From Phaeosaccion multiseriatum (lineage: Eukaryota > Protista > Ochrophyta, other classes), in contig OZ218960.1 of NCBI GenBank assembly GCA_965112735.1, positions 1,860,001 to 1,924,000 on the forward strand: DNA of 64,000 bases, given 5' to 3'. Made by a program: the position numbers and the translations under genes. Position 1 is the first letter of the stretch, and the number at the start of each line of letters is the position of its first letter. Shown one piece after another: positions 1 to 15,718 of this stretch. The notes beneath the pieces were generated by a model. The model was given only the letters and a program-made list of their open reading frames with translations. It searched no databases and had not been told where the DNA came from.

Positions 1-2143
1 AGCAGCAGGAGGAGCAGGAGGAGAGGGAAGAGAAGGAGCAGGAGGAAAGGAAGAGGCCGCAGGAGCAGCAGGAATGAGCGAGGAGCAGTGGGCGGACTTT
101 GCAGGGCTGTGCTCTCGGCGCGCCTTGCACGAGCCGGTGCAGTACATTGTGGGCGAGTGGGACTTCCACCTCATCACCCTCAAGGTCAGTGGGAGTGGGT
201 GAGTTATTTTATAGGGCATTCTTATCGTTTGCGAATGCTATACAAGGGAACCAGTGGGTGGGTGGGTGGGTGGGTGAGCGAGTGACTGACTGACTGACTG
301 AGTGAGTGAGTGAGTGACTCAGGGACTGAGTGTGTGAGTAAGTGGATGATTGACTGAGTGAGGAAGGGAGAGAGGGAATGAGTGATTGAGTTGAGTGAGT
401 GAGTGAGTCAATGAGTGATTGAGTGAGTGACTGTTTGCTTGAGTGAGTGAGTGAGGGAGTGGTTGAATGATTGAGTGACTGGGTGAATGAGTGAATGAAT
501 AAGTGAGTAAGTGAGGGAGTCAGAGGCAATGGGTTGGCATGGCATGGCAAACATTCGTCGGTCAGCGCCGAAGAGCAGGCTGGAAAACAATTTCAAGCGC
601 AGTTCAACAGCAACCAGTGGAGTCATTAGTCAAGCGCTGCTTCCCTTCCTTCCCTCGGTGTCCTGCCTCTTTCTACTCTCCTTCAACTTGCTCATGCGTT
701 GTTTCTGCTGTGCCTCTCCTCCACCTCCCTCCCCTCTCCCTCCATCCCCTCCCCTTCCTCCCTCCCTGCCCCCCCCCACCCTCCTCTGCCCCTTTCACCT
801 CCTTCCCCTGCAGATGGAGGCACCGATTCTCATTCCTCGTCCGGAGACGGAGGAGCTCGTGGAGATGCTCCTGCCTCCCCTGCAGGACCTCATTCATGCC
901 AGGCAGGCACGACAAGCCTCTTCCTCTAGCACCCCTACCACACCCACCACCACCACCACCACCACCAGTACTACTAACACTCCTACCGCTACTACTACTA
1001 CTACCGCTCATGGTAGTGGCGATGCAACACTGAGGCTCCTCGACGTGGGTAGCGGCACCGGGGCCATCGGCCTTGCTCTCCTCAGCGCACTGCCCCCCTC
1101 GGGGAGAAGTGACCCCAGGGGGACAGCGGTGGTGCGCGTGGAGGCCGAGGCGATCGACCCTCATCCGACGGCGATCCGATTGGCGTTACAGAATGCTCAG
1201 GACCTCGGGTTGGGAGACAGGTACACCTGCCTGCAGCAGACCATGAGAGAGTACGCTGCTGCTCGTGATGAGTGGGGCGTGGAGGACGGGGCCGAAGTGG
1301 AGGGGTCCTTTAATGACAGTGACCAGAGCAAGGCCCAACAGCAGCAGCAGCAGCAGCAGCAGCGGGGGGGCGAAAGTTTCCGCGTCGAGGAGGAGAAGGA
1401 GGAGAAGAGCAACCCTAAACTCTTCGACCTCATTGTGAGCAACCCCCCTTACATCCCCGAGGCAGACATGATCGGGCTGGATGCCGACGTTTCTCACTAT
1501 GAGGACCACGGAGCCCTCTGCGGCGGTCAGGATGGTCTCGACGTGGTGAGGGACATTCTCGCAGCGGCACCTCGGCTGCTGAGGGCGGACGGTCTCAGGC
1601 AGGTGTGGATGGAGGTGGATACGTCGCATCCAGGTTGGTGATTGGTGTTTGAGTGAGTGAGTTACTACGTCGGTCATGAAGTTAATGAGTTAGGTAACTA
1701 AGTTAGATGGAGAGGTGAGGAGTTGAAGATGGGGCGGTTAGGGGGCTTGGAGGTTTGGGGTTTGAGGTGGGTGGGGGTGGGGCAGAGTGGGGTCAACGCG
1801 GAGGTGGAGGGGCAGCGAGAGAAGCATTTGTCTCCCCGGTATTTCGGGAAGACGAGGGGGGGGGAGAGGCAGCTTGAATTTTTTTGCTCATTTGGTCCGT
1901 CTGTCTGTGTGTCTGTCTGTATCTCTGTCTGTCTTCTTTCTTCCATACGTGAAAATGAAAGTGTCCTCCTCCCTCCTCTCCTCTCCTCTGTTTGTTCGCC
2001 CCCCTTCCCCCTCCCCTCTCTCTGTCTTGGTGTCGGTGACAGAGGCTTTGGGTGAGGATGGCGCTCTTCCAGCGGCGGTGAAACGGTACGAGTGGTTCAA
2101 CGACCTTTGCGGGAAGCCCCGCTTTGTGAAATTCACATTTTGA
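1..2143 (+). CDS. hemK: HemK/PrmC-family N5-glutamine methyltransferase (release factor methyltransferase), 5' end outside window
   Basis: Exons <1..184 (RRALHEPVQYIVGEWDF), 814..1633 (APILIPRPETEELVE; LLDVGSGTGAIG SAM motif; FDLIVSNPPYI; ALCGGQDGLD) and 2043..2143 (WFNDLCGKPRFV*). GT-AG junctions join in frame. Confidence 0.92.
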
Positions 2144-2570
2144 TGACATCGCTGTGCGGTTGCTGCTGCGTCAGCTGCTGCTGCAAGGCTTCTCGGCGTC
2201 TCTTCCTTGCGAAGGGGTGCAGACAGGCTTGCTCAAGGCATACTATACTGCTAGCTGCCCTCCCTCTCGCCTTTTGTACCCTCAGACTGCGGGGCAGGTG
2301 GGGTGGGGCAGGGCGGCGGAGGCCACTTCCCATTCCAGCCGCTGGGTGCCAGCCAACCCCCCCCCCCACTGTCCCCAGCTGGGGCATCAGCAGCAGCCGC
2401 AGCCGCAGCAGCAGCAGGAACAGAGGCGCTGCATCGGCTGCCTCCTTGGGGCGTCGATGTTTTCCTCCGGTGGCAGCAGAAGCAGGGGTGTGATGGGCAT
2501 GCATGGGGGAGGAGCAACAGGAGCAGCGATCCGAGACGCGCGATTGGGAGGGAGGTCGAGACAGACCTTC

Positions 2571-2752
2571 GATACCAACAAGGCCGCTGTACACCGTCGA
2601 TACCAACAAGGCCGCTGTACACCGTCGATGCCATCAAGGCTGCTGTACACCATCGATACCAACAAGGCCGCTGTACACCGTCGATACCAACAAGGCCGCT
2701 GTACACCGTCGATACCATCAAGGCCGCTGTACACCGTCGATACCAACAAAGC
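2571..2752. repeat. 28-bp minisatellite (GATACCAACAAGGCCGCTGTACACCGTC) x ~6.5
   Basis: Tandem units visible at a 28-bp period from 2571, between the convergent HemK and HMG-box 3' ends. Confidence 0.95.
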
Positions 2753-3407
2753 CGCCACAGAGAATGACTCATCGGGTGCGTTGTGTTCTCTGGCTCAAAG
2801 AGGGGCAAGGCGGGAAGGACCCACGCACGCGTGCACGCACCCATCCACGCGAGCGGCGGCAGCGGCAGCGGCAGCGTCGAAGGAGAGGAGGAGAGGGAGA
2901 GCGGACCAGGAGGGCGGGTGACAAGGCGTGAGGCGAGAGTGAGACAGTGAAGCTCCGCCCAACCAAGTGGGGTGGCCTCCCTCTGGCCTCGGAAGACGGT
3001 CGATGTATGTGTGAAAGGACCTTAGCAGCAGCTAGGAGTTAAAACGCATTTCCTAGGGAAGGAATGACCGGGCGGGATGGGAGGAGGAAGGCAAGGAGCG
3101 AAGGGAGGGAGGGAGGGAGGGAGGGAGGGAGTAGGCCTCCTTCACCCTCGCAAGTCAAGCAGCGTCGCGGCGTCGTTCGTATTTAGGCCCCGGGACCCAC
3201 AGACTACCTCACTGACACACACGTGCGGTGGGGACACGGAAGAACGAAGGCGTATACATTCTATGAACATGCGACTATGGCTAAAAGTGTGCGTTTCATT
3301 GTGTGCTTTTCGCCGTGGAGGTCCGTCCTAAGAACCTCGGATGTAACAACCCTCTGGCCTAACTCCTGCACTGCACAAGGAGGCAGGTGTCGAGCTCTCG
3401 ACCTCAG

Positions 3408-4971
3408 CTAAGACCGAGGGGCACCATCCTCCTCCTCAGCAACCTGCGCGTTGTCGTTGTTGTCATCGTCCTCACAGAGGTCCACTGCGCCCTCCTCCTC
3501 TTTCTCTTTTTGGTCCTCCATGGGGTCTTCGCCGTGCTGGGAGCCGCCACTGCTGCCGCGCCCGTCGGGCTGCGACTCGTCTGCTGCGTCGTCGAAGCCG
3601 CTCTCGGTGGGGATGGGAGCGGAAGAGAAGGCGTTGGTGCTCTCCAGTCGCTGCTGGAGGTTGCGGACCTCCATGGGCGTCTCGCTGAGGCCAGCAGCGG
3701 AGGCATCACTGCTGCCGTGCACAGGGGTGGAGGGCGCCGCTGAGTCTTCCCGGCGCGGAGGGCACGGAGAGGGTGGAGCGGTGCTGGCAGCTGCGGTTTC
3801 CGGATCCGCTCTGCTGCCACGAGGGGCCGCCCAAGACGTCCCCTCGGGGAACCCGTGCTCTCGGACCCAGGCGAACATCTCCCTGGGGAGACAGAGCAGA
3901 GGGGAGCGAGCGAGTCAAAGGGGACCACGTCGTCAGACAAGTGGGATGATGGCAAAGCAGAGCAAAGGTCAATTGAGACACGCGACTTCCCCACAGGACC
4001 AGATACAGAGAGAATAAGAGAGAACGTACCTGTCGAAGCGGGCTCTGTCCACCTTGGCTGAAGCCGCGCACTGCTTGCGCTCCTCCCCCTTGGCGTCGAG
4101 GGCGAGCCACATCTTGCGTAGCTCCTTGTTGGTGTTTTCCTTGTTCGCATTGGTGTCCGTCTCCTTCAGAAGCTCCACCGCACGATTGATGTTGCTTTGC
4201 TTCGCGCAGAAGATGTTGTAGCCGGTCCGAGCCTGGCCAGAGCAGAGCAGGACACGGGCGGGGGGAAGGGGGGCGCGCTCGCTCGCTCACTCACTCACTC
4301 ACTCGCTCGCCAGCACTCACTGACTCCTCTCTCCATGTTTACCTTGATTGGCATGCCTTCGACATGCTTGTACGAGCCTTTGATCTTGGGGATGGACGGC
4401 GTGGACTCCTTGGGCTCTCGGGTGGCCTTCTTCTTGGGTTCAGCCTGAGATGATGAGGCACGAGGCAGGCACCAGCGCAGGGCAGGACAGGGTAGGGCTC
4501 CCGAGATGCAAGAAGAAGGCACAGTCAAAAGCAACACCTATCAAGCAATTGCCTCACCTTGGAGAGAAGGCCCTTGCTGCTGGCCTTGACTGCCTTGACG
4601 GCCTTGCCCACGGCGGCGGAGCCCGTCTTGGAGGCCTTCTTCAGGCTTTTCCCGCCACTCCCCCTGGGGCCCTCCTCTCCTGCCCCGGACGTGTCCACCG
4701 GCATCCGGTCGGAAGCGGCATCAGAGACTCCGAGGCCCTCCTCCTCCGTCGTGTCCGGGAAAGCTCCCTCCAACAGGGACACGGCCGCGTGCTTGAGCTC
4801 CGCAACGCTCCCGCCGGCCGGGGTGAGCGGAGATGATGGGGAGGGTGGGGCGGTGTCGTGAAGCGGAGATGGAGATGACGACCTGGCGGCGGGCTTGCGC
4901 GTGGAGAGCATCGCCACCACGGGTCTGGGGCTCTTGAACTTGGTCTTCCTGCCTTGTGCCGTACGAGCCAT
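3408..4971 (-). CDS. Single HMG-box protein with basic N-terminus and acidic C-terminal tail
   Basis: Exons 4971..4558, 4444..4343, 4232..4030, 3882..3408. Spliced product PIK|ARTGYNIFCAK...NTNKELRKMWLALD...EERKQCAASAKVDRARFDR|EM matches the HMG-box consensus. Confidence 0.8.
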
Positions 4972-5396
4972 GGTGGTTTTGGCGACGCGCGATGTGTGCT
5001 TGAGAGTGGGGGAGACGGTTTGTGAAAAGCATTGGCGGGAGAAGGCTCAGCCAACCCCCCCGGGGGAAACATATAGTGCCATCCTTGCCAAAAATTTGCG
5101 TTTCAATTTACTAATCTTTTTCACCGAAAACACGACGCTACTTGTAAAACAGCTTTTGGGGAAAATATAAGCCCGACGAAAAGGGCCATGTGCCTAACAC
5201 GCACACCACACTCTTATCTCTCCCCATGCCTTGTCCCCAGTCTCCCCGTGGTCAGCGTATTTCGCGCTCCTCGTCCCCTCCTTCACACCGAGGGCAACGC
5301 GAAAGGAAATGGATGGAGAGACCCAGAGGGCAACCCCCCCCCCTTTTTCTTTTTTTGTGATTCATTATTACTTTTTTAAATCTATGCTCAACTGAT

Positions 5397-6317
<921 letters not shown>

Positions 6318-6796
6318 TTACTGCTGAGAAGGCTCCCGCAAAGAAACAAAGCGCTGCTGCTGCTGCTGCTCCTCTTCGCTGCTGCTGCTGCTCCTGCTGC
6401 TGCTGATGCTGATACTGGGGCTGAGTACAGGAGGGAAGTCTTTGGCGACTCCTGGCTTGTGATCTTATAGATGTGGAAGGGTGTTGTGAAGAGAAGAGAA
6501 GGTCTTTCGGCGCTCCTGGAGCCCCGCACCCCCTCGGGTGTGAGGCTCTTTTCGGAGAGCGTTCCTCAGAGCGATGGACATGAAACTGCCTCCAAATTGG
6601 ATTTTCAAAATTAGAGCATAGAGCAGCAGGAAGAAAGAGCGAATGAGAGAGAGATAAGATAGATAGGGAGAGAGGAAGAGATATTTCAAGGCCCGGAATG
6701 GCTCAACGGAGGTTGCACTTGTATACTGTTGAACGGGGGATGGTGAGCTCGTCTTGAGAGCACAGTTCCCTTCACCGAAGAGGCACTGAGGCGAGG

Positions 6797-11179
<4,383 letters not shown>

Positions 11180-12764
11180 GATGACGTACGTCAAGGTACG
11201 ATACAGCGGTCGCGGACTGTCTGGACGTTGATACGATCGATATAATGTATTGATGGATTGATCGAGTTGTTCTCAAACAAAGTGAAACTGAAGGTGCAAG
11301 TGCAGTCTCCCCAGTAAGAGTACGTCGTCGTGGAAGACGGGAGGGGCGACACCCATGAGGAGGCGAAACGGTCGGTGACGTTGAGAGAGACGAATGAACG
11401 GCATTCTAGCATCTCTCTTGTCCTCTGTTTGCCTCTTTCCCTCTCTTCGCTCCAAAGTCCTCCCCAGAGCAGAGGAGTGCTGCGATCTCTTGTCCTCCCC
11501 TCTCCTCTCCGTCTCCTTGCTTAGCTGGGTCAAGAGCGATCCGAATTGTCATAAGTCACCACAAGAGGAGGCGGAAGCGAGCAAGTGGGTGGACGCTGCT
11601 TCACCTCATTGCTGCTGCCCCACAAGAAGCGGAGGGGGGGGCAGTGCGTCGGTGAGGGCCCACTGCCCGGTCAGTAGCTAAGCCACTGCGTCAGCGAGGT
11701 ACACGAGTACCTAACTCACACTCCCCTCAGTCCATCGGAAAGCTTCTACCCCGTGGAACGCTGCTCACATCTTGTTTCCCAACACCCCACCATCATCCAC
11801 TCAGCACAACTCCTCTGCCCACGACAACAAGGGAAGGCGACGTCGCTCGCGAGCAAAGCAAACCAGAAAACGGCCAAACAGGCCCACGATTTGATTCCTT
11901 TCCAAAGAAGGCCCAGGAGGTCTCTGTGGTCCTGCCTTGTCCTCTCCTTGCTTCGGAACGGACGAGCCACCGCATGCGCACTCTTAAGATTTGTGAAGAA
12001 AAGCCTCGATTAAAAGTCAACCTCGAAACCTGTCCAGTGCCGACGAAGAAGGGCACTCGTTCACGATGCACGCGATTCGACTGCCGACAATGCCGTTACC
12101 CACCTACAAGAAACGGAGGGGGAGAGACTGAGAGACGGAGATGGTTTTGGGGTTGTAGTTCCCCATTTGATCCCCGTCCCGGTGTCCCGGTGCTGGTGGA
12201 AAACAGTGTCACAGCCTTTCCTGCTCCTTGCGCACCTCATTCCTCTGGGCACCGCCCCTGTGCTTGTTGGTGGAAATCTTGGCCACCGCGTCGAGTGCCA
12301 TCCCACTCGAAGCCTCAAGTGTCGCAGAGGTAGGGTGAGTATGTGTGTGATCAAAGAAGGAAGACAACACCTCTCCACTGAGGGCCCACGTGCCCGCGCT
12401 GGTAAGGTTCACGTCGTCGCCAACCTCCACGGAAAGCGAAGTCCCAACAGGTAAAGGGGTTGCCGAGCGAAAGGCACGGTCAACTCCCGCTACCACCATA
12501 AGCGTGCGGGAAAATCACACTAGTTTGGTGCTGTGGTGAGACGCAGCAGGACGGTCGCTGTGTCCGTCTCTCGCTACGACCGCTGGAAAGCCCTGTGCCA
12601 CTCTGAGGGGGCGAGCGCGAGCCCTGCCCATCCCAAGAGCGGCCGAGGAAGAGCGCATCAGAGGGAATTCGACCAATCAAGACTCCGCCAATGTCGCGAA
12701 GGGTTGTTCCTATCGTCGTCGTCGTCGTCGTCTTCATCTTCTTCTCCTCCTCCTCCTATTTCCG

Positions 12765-14233
12765 TCACGGGGGGTGATTATGACCATGACTACCCCTTCC
12801 AACACCAACTCTCCCTTGGGCAGAACTCGGCCGATACCGCTGGTGCTCTGGTCTTTCCATCATCCTTCCCATAGTCTCGATAGTTGCCATGGTCGCCCCC
12901 CTCCCCCCTGCCTCTGCACAAGGCATGCACGGTATTGCTGTCACGATGCCATCGGTAGTGCTCGCCCGTTGCACAAGAGATAAATCAACTGAGCCATCCT
13001 CGGCCGTCGCAATGGGGGGCAGAGACCTGCTCCTCCCCACCTGGTCCGGATGCCCAACTGCTTGTGCAGACTCCCCGTCCTGCCCGAGGGGTGCGACCTC
13101 CACCATGCGTTGTACTTGAGCCAGGGGCAGCGGAACGCCAGCTACAATAGCCATGGGAGAAGCGGTAGCACCACCAGGCGCAGCAACAGCAGCACCACTA
13201 TCATCAGTAGAGTCAAAAGCACCCCCACCACCAGCCGAAGCAAGATGGACCGCGACTCTAGTTCCTCCAAAGCCGCTAAAGCCGTTCCAGCTGCCGCTGC
13301 TGCTGCTGCCTCTCCTGTTAGTTGTACCTCGGCGGCCGCTAAGCCCCTCCCTGTCCGCATGCTCCTCCTCCTCTTCTCTCTTGCGCAGCCTCCTTCGGTA
13401 GAGGCAGGCCACTGCTAGTATCAGAGCAATCGCAATAAGAGGAATGGCCACCATACTGAGCTGACTAGCGTCGTTCCCGCTCTCTTTCTCTCTCGTCGAA
13501 GAGCAATCCATGCTGAGGTTAATAGACATGATGCACCCCTCATTGTCCGCCGACTCGTCCAGTATTCGGAAGATCCACGTGCCGGCTGCGTTTTGCCCGT
13601 CGAAGGCAGACAGGGGCTCTTCCGGCCTGTACGTACCGTTATACGGCGGACTGTGACATGCATTCGTGTGTTTGAGTAGCACGCATGATCAGGGACAGGA
13701 AGAAGGGGGGATTGGGAACCAGTAAACCACTCTCCCCCGGAAAGGCGGCATGCGGTACTAGCAGTACTACGAGAGAAAGGGAGGGAAGAAGGGGAATGGA
13801 GCTTCCTCTTAGACGCACCTGCCATCCACAATGCTCTCCTCCGCACTGTCCGTGAAGGTGGTTACAGCAAAGTCGTTCCCCAGCCCGCCGTTGTTCTTGG
13901 AGAGCTGTACCCGAGTTCCCAGCGGCGAAGTGACGGACAAGTTGAGGTCTCTAGTTGCATTGTGGAGCAGATGAGCGCGCACCTGCACCCCGGATAGTCT
14001 GGGGCAGTAGGTCGTCCATTGCACAACCTAGAGGTTGGAGGACAGTTCGGGCAAACAGATAAGAGATCCCCCTTCATCTCTCTCTCTCTCTCTTTCTGAA
14101 ACGGATCTCTGCCCTCAGCCACACTTACGCCATATGGGATATCCCTGTCGTGAGCAATCACGATGGAGCCATCCGGACACGTCGTCCCTGCTGCGAGCAG
14201 CAGCCTGCCTGCCAGGAGCAGCCCCAGAAGCAT
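12765..14233 (-). CDS. Type-I membrane protein with signal peptide, proprotein-convertase P-domain, TM helix and low-complexity cytosolic tail
   Basis: Exons 14233..14129 (MLLGLLLAGRLLLAAG signal), 14027..13819 (HNATRDLNLSVTSPLGTRVQL..GGLGNDFAVTTFTD), 13650..12765 (PPYNGTYRPEEPLSAFDGQNAAGTWIFRILD..NEG; TM VAIPLIAIALILAVACLYRRR). Pattern matches P_proprotein (PF01483). Confidence 0.78.
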
Positions 14234-14309
14234 CAACGTGGTTGAACTATTTTTTTTTTGTTTTTTTCGTTTTTTCGATTACTTTGATGAGGTTTGATGA
14301 TGACGACGC

Positions 14310-14439
14310 TTGAGCCCCCCCTGTTTGACGCTCTTTGACGCACTTTGACGCCCTTTTTCGAACAGATTTCATCATCTGACTCTGAACACGTTACGTAAAT
14401 TAAGGCGAATGAAGATAAACTGGGGGGGGGGGGGGGTCA

Positions 14440-14491
<52 letters not shown>

Positions 14492-14543
14492 CATGTAAAG
14501 TGCGTCAAAGTGGGTCAAACGGGGGTTCAAAGGGGGTCAAACG
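14310..14543. mobile_element. Foldback-like element with TTTGAC/GTCAAA inverted arrays, containing G-run and (TG)n
   Basis: Left ttgagcccccc..gtttgacgctctttgacgcac is approximately the reverse complement of right gtgcgtcaaagtgggtcaaacgggggttcaa. No TSD identified. Confidence 0.5.
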
Positions 14544-14648
14544 TTAGGCCCTCGGCCTATTTATATGAGGCCCTCGGCCTATTTATATGCCGCCGCCTAG
14601 GCGGCCTAGGGCAGACGCCAACTGCCGACAACTAGGCGGACGGTGGGA

Positions 14649-14935
14649 TCGGCCCTGGAAGAGGTTATCAGATTACTGATTACGGCCGGCGCAGCCGGCC
14701 TGATTACTGATTACTGCCGGCGCCAGCCGGCCTGATTACTGATTATGGCGCCAGCCGGGCCTGATTACTGATTATGGCCGGCGCCAGCCGGGTCTGATTA
14801 CTGATTATGACCGGCGCCAGCCGGCCTGATTACTGATTATGACGGGCGCTAGCCGGCCTGATTACTGATTATTGGCGCCAGCCGGCCTGATTACTGATTA
14901 TGGTCGGCGAATACTGTAACCTCTTCCAGGGCCGA
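14649..14935. mobile_element. MITE copy A (287 bp), 19-bp perfect TIR, 6-bp TSD GTGGGA
   Basis: TIRs TCGGCCCTGGAAGAGGTTA (14649-14667) and TAACCTCTTCCAGGGCCGA (14917-14935). GTGGGA at 14643-14648 and 14936-14941. Interior is 8x GATTACTGATTA separated by GGCCGGCGCCAGCCGGCC-like units. Confidence 0.92.
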
Positions 14936-15718
14936 GTGGGAGTGCCCAGAGTGCAAAGAGTAGTCGGTTTTAAGCAAATGTATTGCATGGGATTGGAAGT
15001 GAGGAGTAGAGTAGACTTGGTTCGTGTTGTGTCTTTCCGCCTCGCTGGCCCTACGAGGAGTGCAGGCCTACAGGTGTGCTGCTACTGCTACCCACTCGCT
15101 GGGCGGCACCACGCACGCGCCCACGGTCACCGGGAGGCTGCCTAGACACAGGCAGGCTAGAGCCGGCCTAGGACTGAAAAGTGAGCGGCCTAGAGCGGCC
15201 GAGGCCGCCGGCCTAGGCCTATATCGGCCGAAGGCGGAGCGGCCTAGCGGCCTAGAGCAAAAACCGCTAGGCGTGCGTGGGGCTGAAAAATAGTCGGCGT
15301 AAAAAAAAATTCACGGGCGCGTCACCAGTGCCACAAAAGAAAAATAAGAAAGTTCAGGAGAAAAAGAAGAAAACAGAAAAAAAAGGGGGCCCTTCAAAAC
15401 TCAAAACTCCTTGGCTCCGCGCCATAAATAATACATAGAGCCTGACGCAGTCCTTCACTCTAGGTAGGTACTGCTGTGATCAGCAGGCGTGTGTGCTTTG
15501 GCGTCAGCGTGTGTGTTGCTGCAAGTTGCGGGTGAGAGATAAAAGGGGAAGAATTTACCCTGTTTCCCTGCGCTCCGCATTTTTCAATCCCCAGAAGCTT
15601 CCCCCCCTGCAAACGTAAACGCGAAGCTCGCTTCCACAACGGCCAGAGACTGAACCGAATGGTCTGTTCTGCGTGTGGGGCATGAAGAGAGTGTGGGGCT
15701 GTCTTCTTCATAAGCAGC

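Noticed and set aside
2154-2931. Overlapping ORFs spanning the 28-bp repeat
   Set aside because: The unit is not a multiple of 3, ORFs are open in many frames because of GC content, and no homology is recognisable.
11200-12760. Short ORFs between POLE2 and the P-domain gene
   Set aside because: No motifs or consistent splice structure. Probably convergent 3'UTRs.
14669-14902. CRISPR-like alternation of constant repeats and spacers
   Set aside because: The 'spacers' are near-identical, the repeats are only ~13 bp, there are no cas genes, the context is eukaryotic, and the array lies inside a TIR/TSD element.
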